This document shows positions 8,361 to 18,282 of a stretch of DNA of 64,000 nt, piece after piece. This DNA is from a virus. Both the position numbers and the translations under genes were made by a program. Under the pieces are notes generated by a model, which worked only from the letters and a program-made list of their open reading frames with translations, was not told the DNA's origin and ran no database searches. Where the stretch lies: IMG/VR virus record IMGVR_UViG_3300027965_000004, positions 7,847-71,846 of that record; one strand, given 5' to 3'. Numbering within the stretch: the first letter of the stretch is position 1; the number at the start of each line of letters is the position of its first letter.

Positions 8361-9852
8361 GCTGTTCTACGGCGGCGCGGCCGGGGGTGGAAAGTCTGAT
8401 TTGCTGGTCGGCCTGGCCCTGACCGCCCACAAGAAGAGCCTGCTCTTGCGCCGCGAGGCCGTGCAACTGGTCGCCGTGGTGGAGCGGCTCAAGGGCATCG
8501 TCGGCACGACCGGGGCCTGGCGGTCCAGTGGCCACGGCGGCCTGATGCGCGTCGGCGGCCGGTCGGTGGAACTGGCCGGCTGCGAGCAGGAGGACGACCG
8601 GCTCAAATACCAGGGCCGCGACCACGACGCCAAACTCTTCGACGAATTAACGCACTTCTCGCGTAGCCAATATCAGTTTATCATCGGCTGGAACCGCACG
8701 GACGACCCGCGGCAGCGCTGCCGGGTGGTCTGCGCCGGCAACCCCCCGACCAACCCGGAAGGCCGGTGGGTGGTCGAGGAGTGGGCGCCCTGGCTGGACC
8801 AGCAGTATCCCGACCCCGCCCGGCCCGGGGAGTTGCGCTGGTACGCCATGCTCGACGGCAAACTGGTGTGGGTGGACGGGCCGGCGTCCTTCCGGCACAA
8901 GGGGGAGGAGATCGTCCCCAAGAGCCGGACGTTCATCCCCGCGAAGGTCCAGGACAACCCGGTGTACATGGAGACGGGGTACATGGCTCGGCTCCAGGCC
9001 ATGCCCGAACCGCTGCGCTCGCAAATGCTGTACGGGGATTTCGGGGCCGGGGTGGAGGATAACCCGTGGCAAGTCATCCCAACCGAATGGGTGCGGCTGG
9101 CACAGGCCCGCTGGCAGCCGATCAACACGCGCGGCCGGGGCTTGTCGGCCCTGGGCGTGGACGTGGCCCGCGGCGGCGGCGACAAGACGGTGATCAGCCG
9201 GCGCTACGGCACCTGGTTCGCGCCGCTGGAGAAGCACCCCGGGGCCTCGACTCCTGACGGTCCGGCCGTGGCCCGCCTGGTCAAGCTAGCCAGCCTCGAA
9301 AATAAGCAGTGCGTGGTCAATATCGACGTGGTTGGGGTGGGTTCATCCCCCTACGACTTTTGCCGCCACGCCGGCATCAGCAACCTCCACCCGATCAACT
9401 TCGCGGAGGGGACGGACCGGCGCGACCGCTCCGGCCAGCTTGAGTTTTACAACGTGCGCGCCTTTGCGTACTGGCGGCTGCGTGAGGCCCTGGACCCCTC
9501 GGGCACGGAGCAAATCGCCCTGCCGCCCGACCCGGAGTTGCTGGCGGATCTGACGGCGGCGCGGTGGGAGATGACGCCGCAAGGGGTGAAGATCGAAAAG
9601 AAGGTGGACATTGCCAAGCGGATTGGTCGCTCACCGGATTGTGCCGACGCCTGCGTTCTCGCGAACTTTCCCTCCGCGCCCTTCGAGGTTGGCACGCCGC
9701 CGACGGGGCACGGCAACGCCATTGACCGGCTGCCGGCCGACGTGTTCGGCGGCGCCGGCGGGGGCCAGGCAACCGCGTCGGGCGCCGGTCCCGAATCCAT
9801 CTGGGGTGCCGGCGGGCTGGGCGGCGGCGCTGGGGGGATGCCGGCCTGGTGA
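8221..9852 (+). CDS. terL: terminase large subunit
   Basis: YGGAAGGGKS, FDELTHF, GNP, RNaseH-like GVDVARGGGD, SPDCADA. Confidence 0.93.
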   Translation: MSSCYNSKPSFALPSLAEVQAEIARRKPLWRPFPGPQTEAYLSPADELFYGGAAGGGKSDLLVGLALTAHKKSLLLRREAVQLVAVVERLKGIVGTTGAWRSSGHGGLMRVGGRSVELAGCEQEDDRLKYQGRDHDAKLFDELTHFSRSQYQFIIGWNRTDDPRQRCRVVCAGNPPTNPEGRWVVEEWAPWLDQQYPDPARPGELRWYAMLDGKLVWVDGPASFRHKGEEIVPKSRTFIPAKVQDNPVYMETGYMARLQAMPEPLRSQMLYGDFGAGVEDNPWQVIPTEWVRLAQARWQPINTRGRGLSALGVDVARGGGDKTVISRRYGTWFAPLEKHPGASTPDGPAVARLVKLASLENKQCVVNIDVVGVGSSPYDFCRHAGISNLHPINFAEGTDRRDRSGQLEFYNVRAFAYWRLREALDPSGTEQIALPPDPELLADLTAARWEMTPQGVKIEKKVDIAKRIGRSPDCADACVLANFPSAPFEVGTPPTGHGNAIDRLPADVFGGAGGGQATASGAGPESIWGAGGLGGGAGGMPAW

Positions 9853-10719
9853 CTACAGCCACTCCCGGAATTTGACCGGCCGCGGCTCGGGTTCGCTGGC
9901 CGGGGTCGGTGGGGTTGGCGCGGCGACCGGCTGCTTCTTGGCCCCGTATTCGTGGAGGTCTGCTAAGCTCTTGACCTCAGGAATGGTGCCGTCCCCGAAA
10001 AAGCCGGGCGACTCTCGGAGTCGTTGGGTCAGCACCCGCATATCAATCATCGGCGTGGACTTCGGCGGCTGCTCCCAGCCGGTAATCGCCCCCAGCGTGT
10101 ACGGTGTCGGTGGTTGCTCCACGTACAGGCTGCCGGTTCCCAAGATCACGGCGCCGACGGTTGCGCCGCTCTCGATTTTGACCGTGCCTTTGCCCATAAA
10201 CAAGAACCCGACTTGTCCGCCCTCGATGCGCACGGGGTTGTCGTTGTCGCCTTGGACCAAGATAGCGCCCTTCTTAGCCGCGGCGATCAGTTCCCAGTTC
10301 CTTTTGTCCATCGCCTCGTAGTTCTCTTCCGCAGCCTTCAGTTTCTTGAGTCGCTTGCGGGCCACACGGCGCGCGATCTTGGACACCTCTTCCGCCCGGC
10401 GAACTCTCGCCATCAACTCCCGCTCAATCGTCGGTTCCAGGTCTGGCATAGCAATCGGCCGGCCGCTGTGTGCCATCGCTTGAGCCATTGCGCCCCGCAC
10501 GTAATCCGCGACGGCCTTGGCGAGCGGGGAGTCGTCGGCGGGCTTGACCTTGATGCAGTGGGCGTTTTCACGCTCTAGCCGTGCCACCTCCTCCAGCAGC
10601 AACCGCACGTCGGCGGCGACCTCGCCCGTCGTAATGCTGCCCCATTCGCCGGGGGGAATGATGCCGGCGAGGCGGTTGGCCCGCTTCAGGATGGCGGCTT
10701 TTTCTTCCATCGTCAGCAT
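9853..10719 (-). CDS. hypothetical protein (antisense moron between terL and portal)
   Basis: GGAGGA RBS before ATG at 10719; lower GC. Confidence 0.65.
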   Translation of the reverse strand: MLTMEEKAAILKRANRLAGIIPPGEWGSITTGEVAADVRLLLEEVARLERENAHCIKVKPADDSPLAKAVADYVRGAMAQAMAHSGRPIAMPDLEPTIERELMARVRRAEEVSKIARRVARKRLKKLKAAEENYEAMDKRNWELIAAAKKGAILVQGDNDNPVRIEGGQVGFLFMGKGTVKIESGATVGAVILGTGSLYVEQPPTPYTLGAITGWEQPPKSTPMIDMRVLTQRLRESPGFFGDGTIPEVKSLADLHEYGAKKQPVAAPTPPTPASEPEPRPVKFREWL

Positions 10720-10861
10720 GTCAGTCCTCCGAAAAGCCGCCCTCGGCGGTGAACCGGGCGGCGGCGGGGTGGTCGGCGCCGGGGTGGTCGGCGCCGGACC
10801 GCACCGGCAGTGAACGTGTTCCGGCATCATGTCGCCATTGTACCCGCGTGCCCCCGCCGAG

Positions 10862-10891
10862 TTGAGCCCGGCCGCGCGTCCGTGGTATGCT
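10862..10891 (+). promoter_or_regulatory. promoter class A (TTGAGC-N18-TATGCT, extended -10)
   Basis: matches the 18283 and 39183 promoters including a CCGGCCG spacer. Confidence 0.6.
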
Positions 10892-10940
10892 CGACGCGCC
10901 GCCCGCCCCGTCCGATCCCCTGTCCGCTGGCCCCTCCATC

Positions 10941-12947
10941 ATGCCCAGTTTGAGCGACTTCTTCCGCAGCCTGACCCGCCTGCCCCTGACTATGCTGGGC
11001 CGGGTGCGTCCCGAGAGCGCGGAGAGTCAGTTTCTCGCGATGGAGAAGCTGCGCGCCTACCTGGGTTCGGCCGGCGCCCACACCCGGTTCCTGCCCTTCC
11101 TGGACAATTTCTCGAACGAAACCGGGGACATGCGCACCGCCTACCGCAAGATGTTGATTGCCGAGCCGGCGGTCAAGGCGGCGCTGCTCAGCAAGGTCCT
11201 GGCGGTCGCCGCCCTGGACGTGACGGTCCAGCCCGCCAGCAAGAACCCGCGCGACCAGCAGATCGGCGATTTCGTCAGCTACGCCCTCGACCGCTCCAAG
11301 GGCGGCACGCGCAAGCTGGTGTCCTCCGTCCTGATCCCCGGCCTCATGGACGGCTACTCGATCTGTGAGAAGGTGTGGACGCGCGAGACCCGCGGGCCCT
11401 GGAAGGGCTTGATCCGGCTCAAGGGCGTGAAGTCCAAGGACACGGCGCGGCTGTACATGGAAGGCGACGACTTCCGCAACGTCACCGCCGTCGTCGATTA
11501 CTTCTCCAGCCGCACCTACCACCCGGGGAACTTCGTCCTGTGGCAGCACATGCCCCTCTTCGAAAACCCCCTGGGGAATAGCGATTTCCGCGCCGCCTAC
11601 CGGCCGTACTGGCTCATGCAGACCGCCTGGCAGCTGCGCGCGATCGCCATGGAGCGCTTCGGCCTGCCGGTCCTCAAGGGCACCTACATCGAGGGGTCGA
11701 GCCAGAAGGCCAGCCTCGAAACCGCCTTGCAGCTGCTCCGCGGGCAGTCGTGGTTCACCATCCCCGAGGGGGCCAAGGTCGAGGCCATGGAGCTGGCCAC
11801 GCGCGGCACCGCCGATTTCGAGAGCGCCATCGCCGACCTCCGCAAAGAGATTTACCTGGCCATCTGCGGGGCCTTCCTGTTCGCGCTCGAGGGCAACACC
11901 CCGCACGGCGCCGGCGACACGTCCATCCACCAGGACACCGCCGAACTGCTCCAGTGGGCCCTGGCCGCCGAGATCGCCGACCTCATCAACGACCAGTTGA
12001 TCCCCGACCTGGTGGACCTCAATTTCGAGGACGCCGATTACCCGCGCGCCTCGCTGGGGGCGGTCAACGTCGGCGAACTCAAGCTGGAGATGGACATCGA
12101 CACCGGGCTCTCCAAGCTCGGTCTGCCCCTGTCGCGGAGCGAGCTCTATGAGAAATACCACCGCACGCCGCCCGCCGATCCGGCCGACACGCTGACGCCG
12201 CCGGCGCCGGGCGGTGCGGCCGGTCAACCCGGCATCCAGGCCGTGATCCCGCACGGCGAGCGGCCGCCCCTGGACCCCGATGACCCGGATTCCTTCTGCG
12301 GCGGCCCTGGCTCCAACAAACCCGGACCTTGCCCCGGGGGCGGCGACGGCAGCCAGACCGGGACCGGCGGGATTGAAGCCAAGCGTGCCTCCATCCTCGC
12401 GCGCGCCAAGGCCCTGCCCCGTCAGGCGGTGGACAAGGCCGTCCGCTTCGCCAAGGCGAAATACGACCAGCTGGAACAGCGCTACGGCCGCACATACGCC
12501 GTGGCCATCATGGGCGCCGGGGTCCTCGGCGTGCCGGTCCCGCTGCCCGGGGCTTCCTTCGCCACCGCCCTGCCGGTCGTGGCCGTCGCCGAGCTGCACC
12601 GGCGGTTCGCGCCAGGGAGCCATGCGGAGACCTTCGCCTCGCCGGACGTGACCTTGAGCCCGGAGCAGATCCGGCAGCTGGGTCGCCAATTCGTCGCCGA
12701 GGTCGCCACCGGGCTGGCGCAGGACCATGCCGCCTTCGCCGGCCTGTACCCCGAAGGTGCCGTCCTCGAGGCCGACCCCGCCGACAACGGCACCGGCGCG
12801 ACGGACGCCGCCACGGACGACCCCGACCGCTGGGACCCGGACGACCGTTACCGGTACGCCGAGGACGCCGCCGACCCGGGGGTGTCGGCCGCCGACCCCT
12901 TTCGCGCCGGGGCGGAGTGGCAAGGCTACCTCACAGGTCGCCGGTAA
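10941..12947 (+). CDS. portal protein, Mu gp29/DUF935-like, with ~250-aa C-terminal extension
   Basis: position after terL; ERFGLP, ETINDQLIPDLVDLNF-like C-terminal motif (DLINDQLIPDLVDLNF). Confidence 0.88.
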   Translation: MPSLSDFFRSLTRLPLTMLGRVRPESAESQFLAMEKLRAYLGSAGAHTRFLPFLDNFSNETGDMRTAYRKMLIAEPAVKAALLSKVLAVAALDVTVQPASKNPRDQQIGDFVSYALDRSKGGTRKLVSSVLIPGLMDGYSICEKVWTRETRGPWKGLIRLKGVKSKDTARLYMEGDDFRNVTAVVDYFSSRTYHPGNFVLWQHMPLFENPLGNSDFRAAYRPYWLMQTAWQLRAIAMERFGLPVLKGTYIEGSSQKASLETALQLLRGQSWFTIPEGAKVEAMELATRGTADFESAIADLRKEIYLAICGAFLFALEGNTPHGAGDTSIHQDTAELLQWALAAEIADLINDQLIPDLVDLNFEDADYPRASLGAVNVGELKLEMDIDTGLSKLGLPLSRSELYEKYHRTPPADPADTLTPPAPGGAAGQPGIQAVIPHGERPPLDPDDPDSFCGGPGSNKPGPCPGGGDGSQTGTGGIEAKRASILARAKALPRQAVDKAVRFAKAKYDQLEQRYGRTYAVAIMGAGVLGVPVPLPGASFATALPVVAVAELHRRFAPGSHAETFASPDVTLSPEQIRQLGRQFVAEVATGLAQDHAAFAGLYPEGAVLEADPADNGTGATDAATDDPDRWDPDDRYRYAEDAADPGVSAADPFRAGAEWQGYLTGRR

Positions 12948-14505
12948 GGGGACCGACCGGGCGCAGGCGGAGCAACTGCTCACCAGCGCCCAGCGGCAAG
13001 GCGCCGCGGTGCTGGGGTCGCTAGCCACGGCCGCCGTGGAACGCCTCGTCGCCCGGGGCGGCCGGGGCAAGCGGCTCTTTACCGACGCCGAGCGGCAACG
13101 GTTGGCCGGTGTCTTCACCCGCATCAACGGCACCGCCGAGCTGTTGGGCCGGGCCCGCATCCGCCAGCGCCAGGCCCACGCCGAGAAACACCGCGAACTG
13201 GCCCGCCACGCCGAGCACGAGCCGGATTTCGACTTCCAGATTTTCCGGGAGCCGAAGTCCGGGGAGCTGCATCCCATGGCGCCGGCCGAGGCCGTGGCCT
13301 ACTTCACAGGCCTGGCCCCCAGGCTCCGGGTCGATCCGGAACGCTTCGGTGCCCGCCTGGAACGGCACGCCTTCACGCTGGCCGCGGCCACGGACAAGGT
13401 GTTGCTGGGCAAGGTGCAAGACGCGATTGCCCGGACACTCCAGACAGGACAAGGCGGCGCCGCCGACGTTCAAGCGATCCTTGACGCCGCCGGTGTTAGC
13501 CCGCGCAGCCCGGCCTACGCCGAGACAGTTTTCCGCACGAACGCAATGGATGCCTACACGACCGGCACCATGCGGGAGCTGCAAGACCCCGACGTGGCCG
13601 ACACGTTCCCGGTGTGGCAGTACCTCGGCATCCGCGACGGCCGGCAGGGGGAGGACCACGAGCCCCACTTCGACCGGTATTACCCCAACGCGGTCAGCTT
13701 CCAGGAAGTGAGAGGGGACAGGGTTTACAATTGCCGCTGCGACCTCCGCCCGGTCTCAAAATACGAGTGGAAGGCGCTTCAGGCCGGCGGCGCCCAGGTC
13801 GCGAGCTTCGCGGAGGAATTTTGCGGCGGCAAGGGCGGCAAGCCGGGGCCGTGCCCCTTGAACAAGCCCCGGCCGCAGGGGGAGCCCCGCCGGCCGCGCG
13901 TCCGGGAAGAGGAGCCCTCCGCCAAGGCCCGCCGCGCCAAGGCCGCGCACGTCCTGGTCGGCAAGGACATCCAGCGCTACGCCGAGGAGCACAACGAGCC
14001 GCGTTTCGCCAAGGCCATGGGCGGCGTCAGCTTCCCCGACTCCGAGCCCGTGGACGTGGCCATCCCCGGACCCACGGGCGCCGTCGCCCACGGGGTCGAA
14101 CTCAAGACGATGGTCTCCAACGGCAACAACAAGCTGACGATGGACAGCTACGCCCAGGTGCGCAAGATCGAGTGGGAGCGGGCGCAGAAGGCCACCTTCC
14201 ACACGGTCGTGTCCGACGACCGCCAGGTCTACAACGCCAAGGGCGAAGGCCGGCACGACGACTCCCGGCGCGTCTACTACTACCGCCGCGGCGTGGCCGG
14301 CAGCGCGCGCATCGACGGCATGTACCGCTGCAAGAACGAGGCGGAGCTGAAGCAGCTGATGGCCATGCCGGAGAAGGACCTGCCCCCGGCGGCCCGGCGC
14401 ACCGACGGCAAATTGCGCGTCGGCCGCTGGAAGTTCTTCCAGGACGACCAGGGCAAGGGCTACCGCAACACCCAAACCGGGCAGGAGTTCCGGGCCAAGA
14501 AATGA
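12901..14505 (+). CDS. MuF (Mu gpF/SPP1 gp7-like) minor head protein with C-terminal putative PD-(D/E)XK nuclease; start uncertain, possibly entered by +1 frameshift
   Basis: AFTLA, ETVFRTN, WQYLGIRDGR..H, YNCRC; tail PVDVAIP...GVELKT. Confidence 0.85.
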   Translation, partial: FAPGRSGKATSQVAGKGTDRAQAEQLLTSAQRQGAAVLGSLATAAVERLVARGGRGKRLFTDAERQRLAGVFTRINGTAELLGRARIRQRQAHAEKHRELARHAEHEPDFDFQIFREPKSGELHPMAPAEAVAYFTGLAPRLRVDPERFGARLERHAFTLAAATDKVLLGKVQDAIARTLQTGQGGAADVQAILDAAGVSPRSPAYAETVFRTNAMDAYTTGTMRELQDPDVADTFPVWQYLGIRDGRQGEDHEPHFDRYYPNAVSFQEVRGDRVYNCRCDLRPVSKYEWKALQAGGAQVASFAEEFCGGKGGKPGPCPLNKPRPQGEPRRPRVREEEPSAKARRAKAAHVLVGKDIQRYAEEHNEPRFAKAMGGVSFPDSEPVDVAIPGPTGAVAHGVELKTMVSNGNNKLTMDSYAQVRKIEWERAQKATFHTVVSDDRQVYNAKGEGRHDDSRRVYYYRRGVAGSARIDGMYRCKNEAELKQLMAMPEKDLPPAARRTDGKLRVGRWKFFQDDQGKGYRNTQTGQEFRAKK

Positions 14506-15371
14506 GCACCTACCTCACCCTCGACGGCGGCCTGCCCCTGGACCTGGCGAGCAACCGGGGCTGGGGGGACTTCGTGCGCTGGGCCGATCGTCTGGACGCG
14601 GGCGCCTTCGGCCAGGTCGCCCACCTGGCGGAATACGGCTGGTGCCAAGAGCCCGCGCTCCTGCGCGCCCAGCTGGCCGCGGCGCTCAGACTCAGGCCCC
14701 CCGATGACCACACCGCCGGCGTGGCCCGGACGCTTTTGGAGGCCCTGGACGGCCCCGCGGAGGTCGTCACCATCACCAACGGGCAGGGGCCGGACACCGG
14801 GGGCGCCGCCGCCTTCGCCGAAAACCAGATACTTGATCTGCCCGACATCCGGCAGGAAGATCACTTCAGCTGCGGCGCCGCCGCCGCGATGGCCGTGGGC
14901 CGTTACTTCGGCGTCGGCCCGGCCACCCTCCCCGAGTGGAAAAAAGCCCTGGGCACGGACGTGGAAGAGTCCACCCGGCCGGGCGCCATCGTCCGCTACC
15001 TGCGCTCCCTGGGACTGTCGGTCCGGGTCCGGCACCACATGACCATCGCCGACTTGGCTCAGGCCGTCGCCGAGGGCTCTCCGGTCATCTGCCCGGTGCA
15101 GGACTACGGCCGCGAGCTGCCCAAGGAGGCGGACTTCGATTACGGCCATTACCTCGCCGTCTGTGGCATCATCCCCGACCAGTACGTGGCGGTGCAGGAT
15201 TCGAGCGAGGACAACGTCACGCGCGGCTCCGGCACCATCGCGGCGCCGGGCAAGGTCCTCATCCACCAGGCCGACTGGCTGCGTGACTGGCACGACCAAG
15301 ACATCGACGGCGTGAAATACGTGAGATACGGCATCGTCGTCGGCAAGCCCGAACCCCCGGAGTCCGCATGA
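14502..15371 (+). CDS. two-domain protein: ~105-aa N-terminal domain (candidate immunity) plus C39-like cysteine peptidase
   Basis: RQEDHFSCGAAA, YGHYLAV, VQDS; ATGA-coupled to MuF. Confidence 0.8.
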   Translation: MSTYLTLDGGLPLDLASNRGWGDFVRWADRLDAGAFGQVAHLAEYGWCQEPALLRAQLAAALRLRPPDDHTAGVARTLLEALDGPAEVVTITNGQGPDTGGAAAFAENQILDLPDIRQEDHFSCGAAAAMAVGRYFGVGPATLPEWKKALGTDVEESTRPGAIVRYLRSLGLSVRVRHHMTIADLAQAVAEGSPVICPVQDYGRELPKEADFDYGHYLAVCGIIPDQYVAVQDSSEDNVTRGSGTIAAPGKVLIHQADWLRDWHDQDIDGVKYVRYGIVVGKPEPPESA

Positions 15372-17509
15372 GATATTCCCTAAAATTGCGCACGTACCTT
15401 GGCCCCGCCCTGCTGTGCCTGGCTTTGGCAACCACCGCGGTCCTGTCGGTGGTGGTAGATCGCGGCCGCGACGTTCACGCCGAGCGGCACGGGCCGCTCG
15501 TAGGCGCCATTGGCCCCGTCGGCATCCGGCGGATTCAGGACGCCGACGACCTGACCGGCGCCCTGACCGACCAGTATTTCCTCCAGTGGGCCGCCGCCTC
15601 GGGCAAGTTCCAACTAGCGGCGGCTTCGGGCGGCGGCGGGGTCACAAGCTTCAACACGCGGACGGGCGCCGTCACCCTCACCACCGCCGACTTGGCGAGC
15701 GCCAACGGCCTCAGCAACGTCTACAACGTCAAGGCGTATGGGGCCGTGGGCGACGGCACGACCGACGACTCGACCGCCGTCCAAAGCGCCATCAACGCGG
15801 CCCAGAACGGCGGCGGCGGGATCGTCTATTTCCCGCCGGCGACGTACCGCATCAACGCGCAGCTCACCTTCCCTGCGGGGTCCGGTCTCGGCAAGGCCGT
15901 CATCCTGGAAGGAGCGGGCGCCGACATCAGTTACAACGGCACCCCCCAGGGCGGCACCATCCTGGACCTGCGGGCAACGACTAGCCCGGCCAAGATCGAC
16001 TGCCGCTTCCAGGGGCAGCTTGAGATACGCAATCTCACGTTTCTGGAGGGCGGCGGGTCCAACACCGGAAACCCATTCCTCCAGACGACCAACACGGCCA
16101 CGCAGATCCATCACTGCGCGTTTTACGGCAACCCGGCCGCCACGCAGGCGAGCTGCACCATCGACGCCATCGTGCTCGGCGGGACCGGCACGTCGGCGGA
16201 CGGCTCCGCCAACGCGCCGTTTCAGGGCTACGGCGGCGCCGTCTGCTACAACGCCTTCCACAGAATCCGCCGTGCGGTGTACATGCGGACGTTTTGCAAC
16301 GGTGTCCCGATCATCGGCAACACCGTGGGCGCCGACTGCGGCGGGACGTGCGCGATCGAGTCCCTGGGGCCGGCGACGAACACCAACAACGAGGGTTGCT
16401 ACATCGCCGGCAACCTGATCGAGATTAGTTACTATACCTACGGGATTCGTCTCCAGTACACGCAGAAATGCCAGTTGATCGGCAATAATTTCTTCGACGA
16501 CTTGAGTTCGACCGATGAGATCCGCGTCGAATCGACCTGTGGCCCGAACCTGGTAATCCCCGGCGACTCGACCCTCTCCCAGCCGGTCAACGACCTGGCC
16601 GGCAACACCACGGTCATCGGGGCCACCAAGCCAAACGCGGTAAACTACTTCCAGCAGCAGGTACAGTTCCGCGGGCTGTCGCCGACCGCCCCGGCGGCCG
16701 GCGCCGGCACGGAGCGCTTCGGGGCCGGCGCCCTGCCGTCCGCGGCCAGCGGGGTCAACCTGACGGCGTTCGGCAACAACGCCCTCCACTCCAATACCAG
16801 CGGCCACGACTCGGCCGGCTTCGGCGTCGGCTGTCTCCAGTCCCAGACGACGGGCCTGTACAACGTCGCCTTCGGCGTCAACGTGCTCAACGCCAGCGTG
16901 GCCGATTTTTCCAATTCGGGAGGCGGCTACCAATGCCTGCTGTCGTGCAACGGCGGCACGGTCAACACGGCCTGGGGCTACCAGTCGCTGCGCAACCTGA
17001 CCACCGGCTCGAACAACGCCGTTTTCGGTTACGGCGGTACAACCCTGACCACCGGCTCGGGCAACACCCTCGCAGGCAACTATACCGACGTGGCCGCGTC
17101 CAACACCAGCAACGGCGTCGGCATTGGCTATCAGGCGGTGTGTGCGTCCAACGAAACCGCCTGGGGGCCGAACCAGCAGTACGAGAGCTACTATGGAAAG
17201 GATTCTACCAGTACCACCGTGGCCTTGTGGCGCGCCCGCTACGGCTTTTTGTCCAACACGCATGGCAGCTATACCGGCAAGGTGGACCTGCAAGTCACCG
17301 ACGCCACGGCGGACCGGACTTTTCTGCACGCGGAATCGGACGGCAGCAGCCCGCGGCTGTACCTGGCCGTGCCCAACAGCGCGCCCACCGACGCCAACCT
17401 GGCGAACGGGCAGGTGTCGGTGTACGTCGATGAGACCAACAACCTCCTCAAGTTTCGCGTCAAGTACAGCAACGGCACCCTCAAGACCGCTCAGCTAAAT
17501 TTGAATTGA
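15368..17509 (+). CDS. beta-helix (pectate lyase-like) spike/fibre protein with N-terminal hydrophobic segment
   Basis: VTSFNTRTGAVTL, NVKAYGAVGDGTTDDSTAVQSAINAA...VYFPPATY, NTAxG-type repeats. Confidence 0.85.
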   Translation: MRYSLKLRTYLGPALLCLALATTAVLSVVVDRGRDVHAERHGPLVGAIGPVGIRRIQDADDLTGALTDQYFLQWAAASGKFQLAAASGGGGVTSFNTRTGAVTLTTADLASANGLSNVYNVKAYGAVGDGTTDDSTAVQSAINAAQNGGGGIVYFPPATYRINAQLTFPAGSGLGKAVILEGAGADISYNGTPQGGTILDLRATTSPAKIDCRFQGQLEIRNLTFLEGGGSNTGNPFLQTTNTATQIHHCAFYGNPAATQASCTIDAIVLGGTGTSADGSANAPFQGYGGAVCYNAFHRIRRAVYMRTFCNGVPIIGNTVGADCGGTCAIESLGPATNTNNEGCYIAGNLIEISYYTYGIRLQYTQKCQLIGNNFFDDLSSTDEIRVESTCGPNLVIPGDSTLSQPVNDLAGNTTVIGATKPNAVNYFQQQVQFRGLSPTAPAAGAGTERFGAGALPSAASGVNLTAFGNNALHSNTSGHDSAGFGVGCLQSQTTGLYNVAFGVNVLNASVADFSNSGGGYQCLLSCNGGTVNTAWGYQSLRNLTTGSNNAVFGYGGTTLTTGSGNTLAGNYTDVAASNTSNGVGIGYQAVCASNETAWGPNQQYESYYGKDSTSTTVALWRARYGFLSNTHGSYTGKVDLQVTDATADRTFLHAESDGSSPRLYLAVPNSAPTDANLANGQVSVYVDETNNLLKFRVKYSNGTLKTAQLNLN

Positions 17510-17516
17510 GGCGCTC

Positions 17517-18272
17517 ATGGCCAACGAGATCCAGGCCCCTTACCAGACGGGCGCCACGCTGTACGCGGTCATCCTGAATCCCGCCAACGGGCAGGTGTGG
17601 AACGGGTCATCGTTCGGCGCCATCGTCGGCGCGAGCTGGGGCACCTACGCCGTCGCCCTGACCCAGCAGTCCACCACGCCGATCTATGAGACGAGTTTTC
17701 CGGCCGGGATTACCGCGCCGGGCAACTACACGGTCCTCGTGTACCGACAGGCGGGCGGCTCCCCGGCCACGACGGACACCCTGGTCGCATCGGGCTCAAT
17801 CACCTGGGGGGGCGCCGGCGCCGCCCCCGGCGACCCCTTGCAATCCCCGGTGCCCGGCGCCTACGCCCAGGGCACCGCCGGCTGGGCATTGGGCCGGATC
17901 GGCACCGGTCAGATCGTCACGACCTCCCCCGTGGCCCAGAACGGGGCCGTGACCCTGGTGGCCGGCATGGACTACCTGGCGGCGGACGGCCGGGCGCTGG
18001 CCTTCACCGATGCCACCAACGCCTGGCCGAACCTGACCGGGGCCGCGGTGACCCTCCAGGTCTACAGCGCCTTCGATGGCGCGGTGCAGTACAGCAAGGC
18101 CGGCACGCTCGTATCGGTCGGCGGCCCCAACCAGCAGATCCGCTTCGAGCCCACGGCCGCCGACACCGCCTCCTTCGGCCGCGGGGCCTACCACTTCCTG
18201 GTGTATGCGGTGCTGGCCAACGGCCACCGCGCCGACCTGGTCCGGGGCAGCTGGGCCGTGGTGCCGTCCTGA
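17517..18272 (+). CDS. virion structural protein
   Basis: beta-rich, Gly/Thr/Ala-rich; in head operon. Confidence 0.65.
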   Translation: MANEIQAPYQTGATLYAVILNPANGQVWNGSSFGAIVGASWGTYAVALTQQSTTPIYETSFPAGITAPGNYTVLVYRQAGGSPATTDTLVASGSITWGGAGAAPGDPLQSPVPGAYAQGTAGWALGRIGTGQIVTTSPVAQNGAVTLVAGMDYLAADGRALAFTDATNAWPNLTGAAVTLQVYSAFDGAVQYSKAGTLVSVGGPNQQIRFEPTAADTASFGRGAYHFLVYAVLANGHRADLVRGSWAVVPS

Positions 18273-18282
18273 CCCGGCTTTT

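Noticed and set aside
10887-10940. ORF-track starts at 10887 (portal) and 18308 (protease)
   Set aside because: Those ATGs lie within the -10 hexamer TATGCT; 10941 and 18320 are preferred.
10827-13277. long minus-strand ORFs (also 46354-48741, 15614-17329, 5021-6688 etc.)
   Set aside because: Antisense shadows of high-GC genes with no recognisable motifs.
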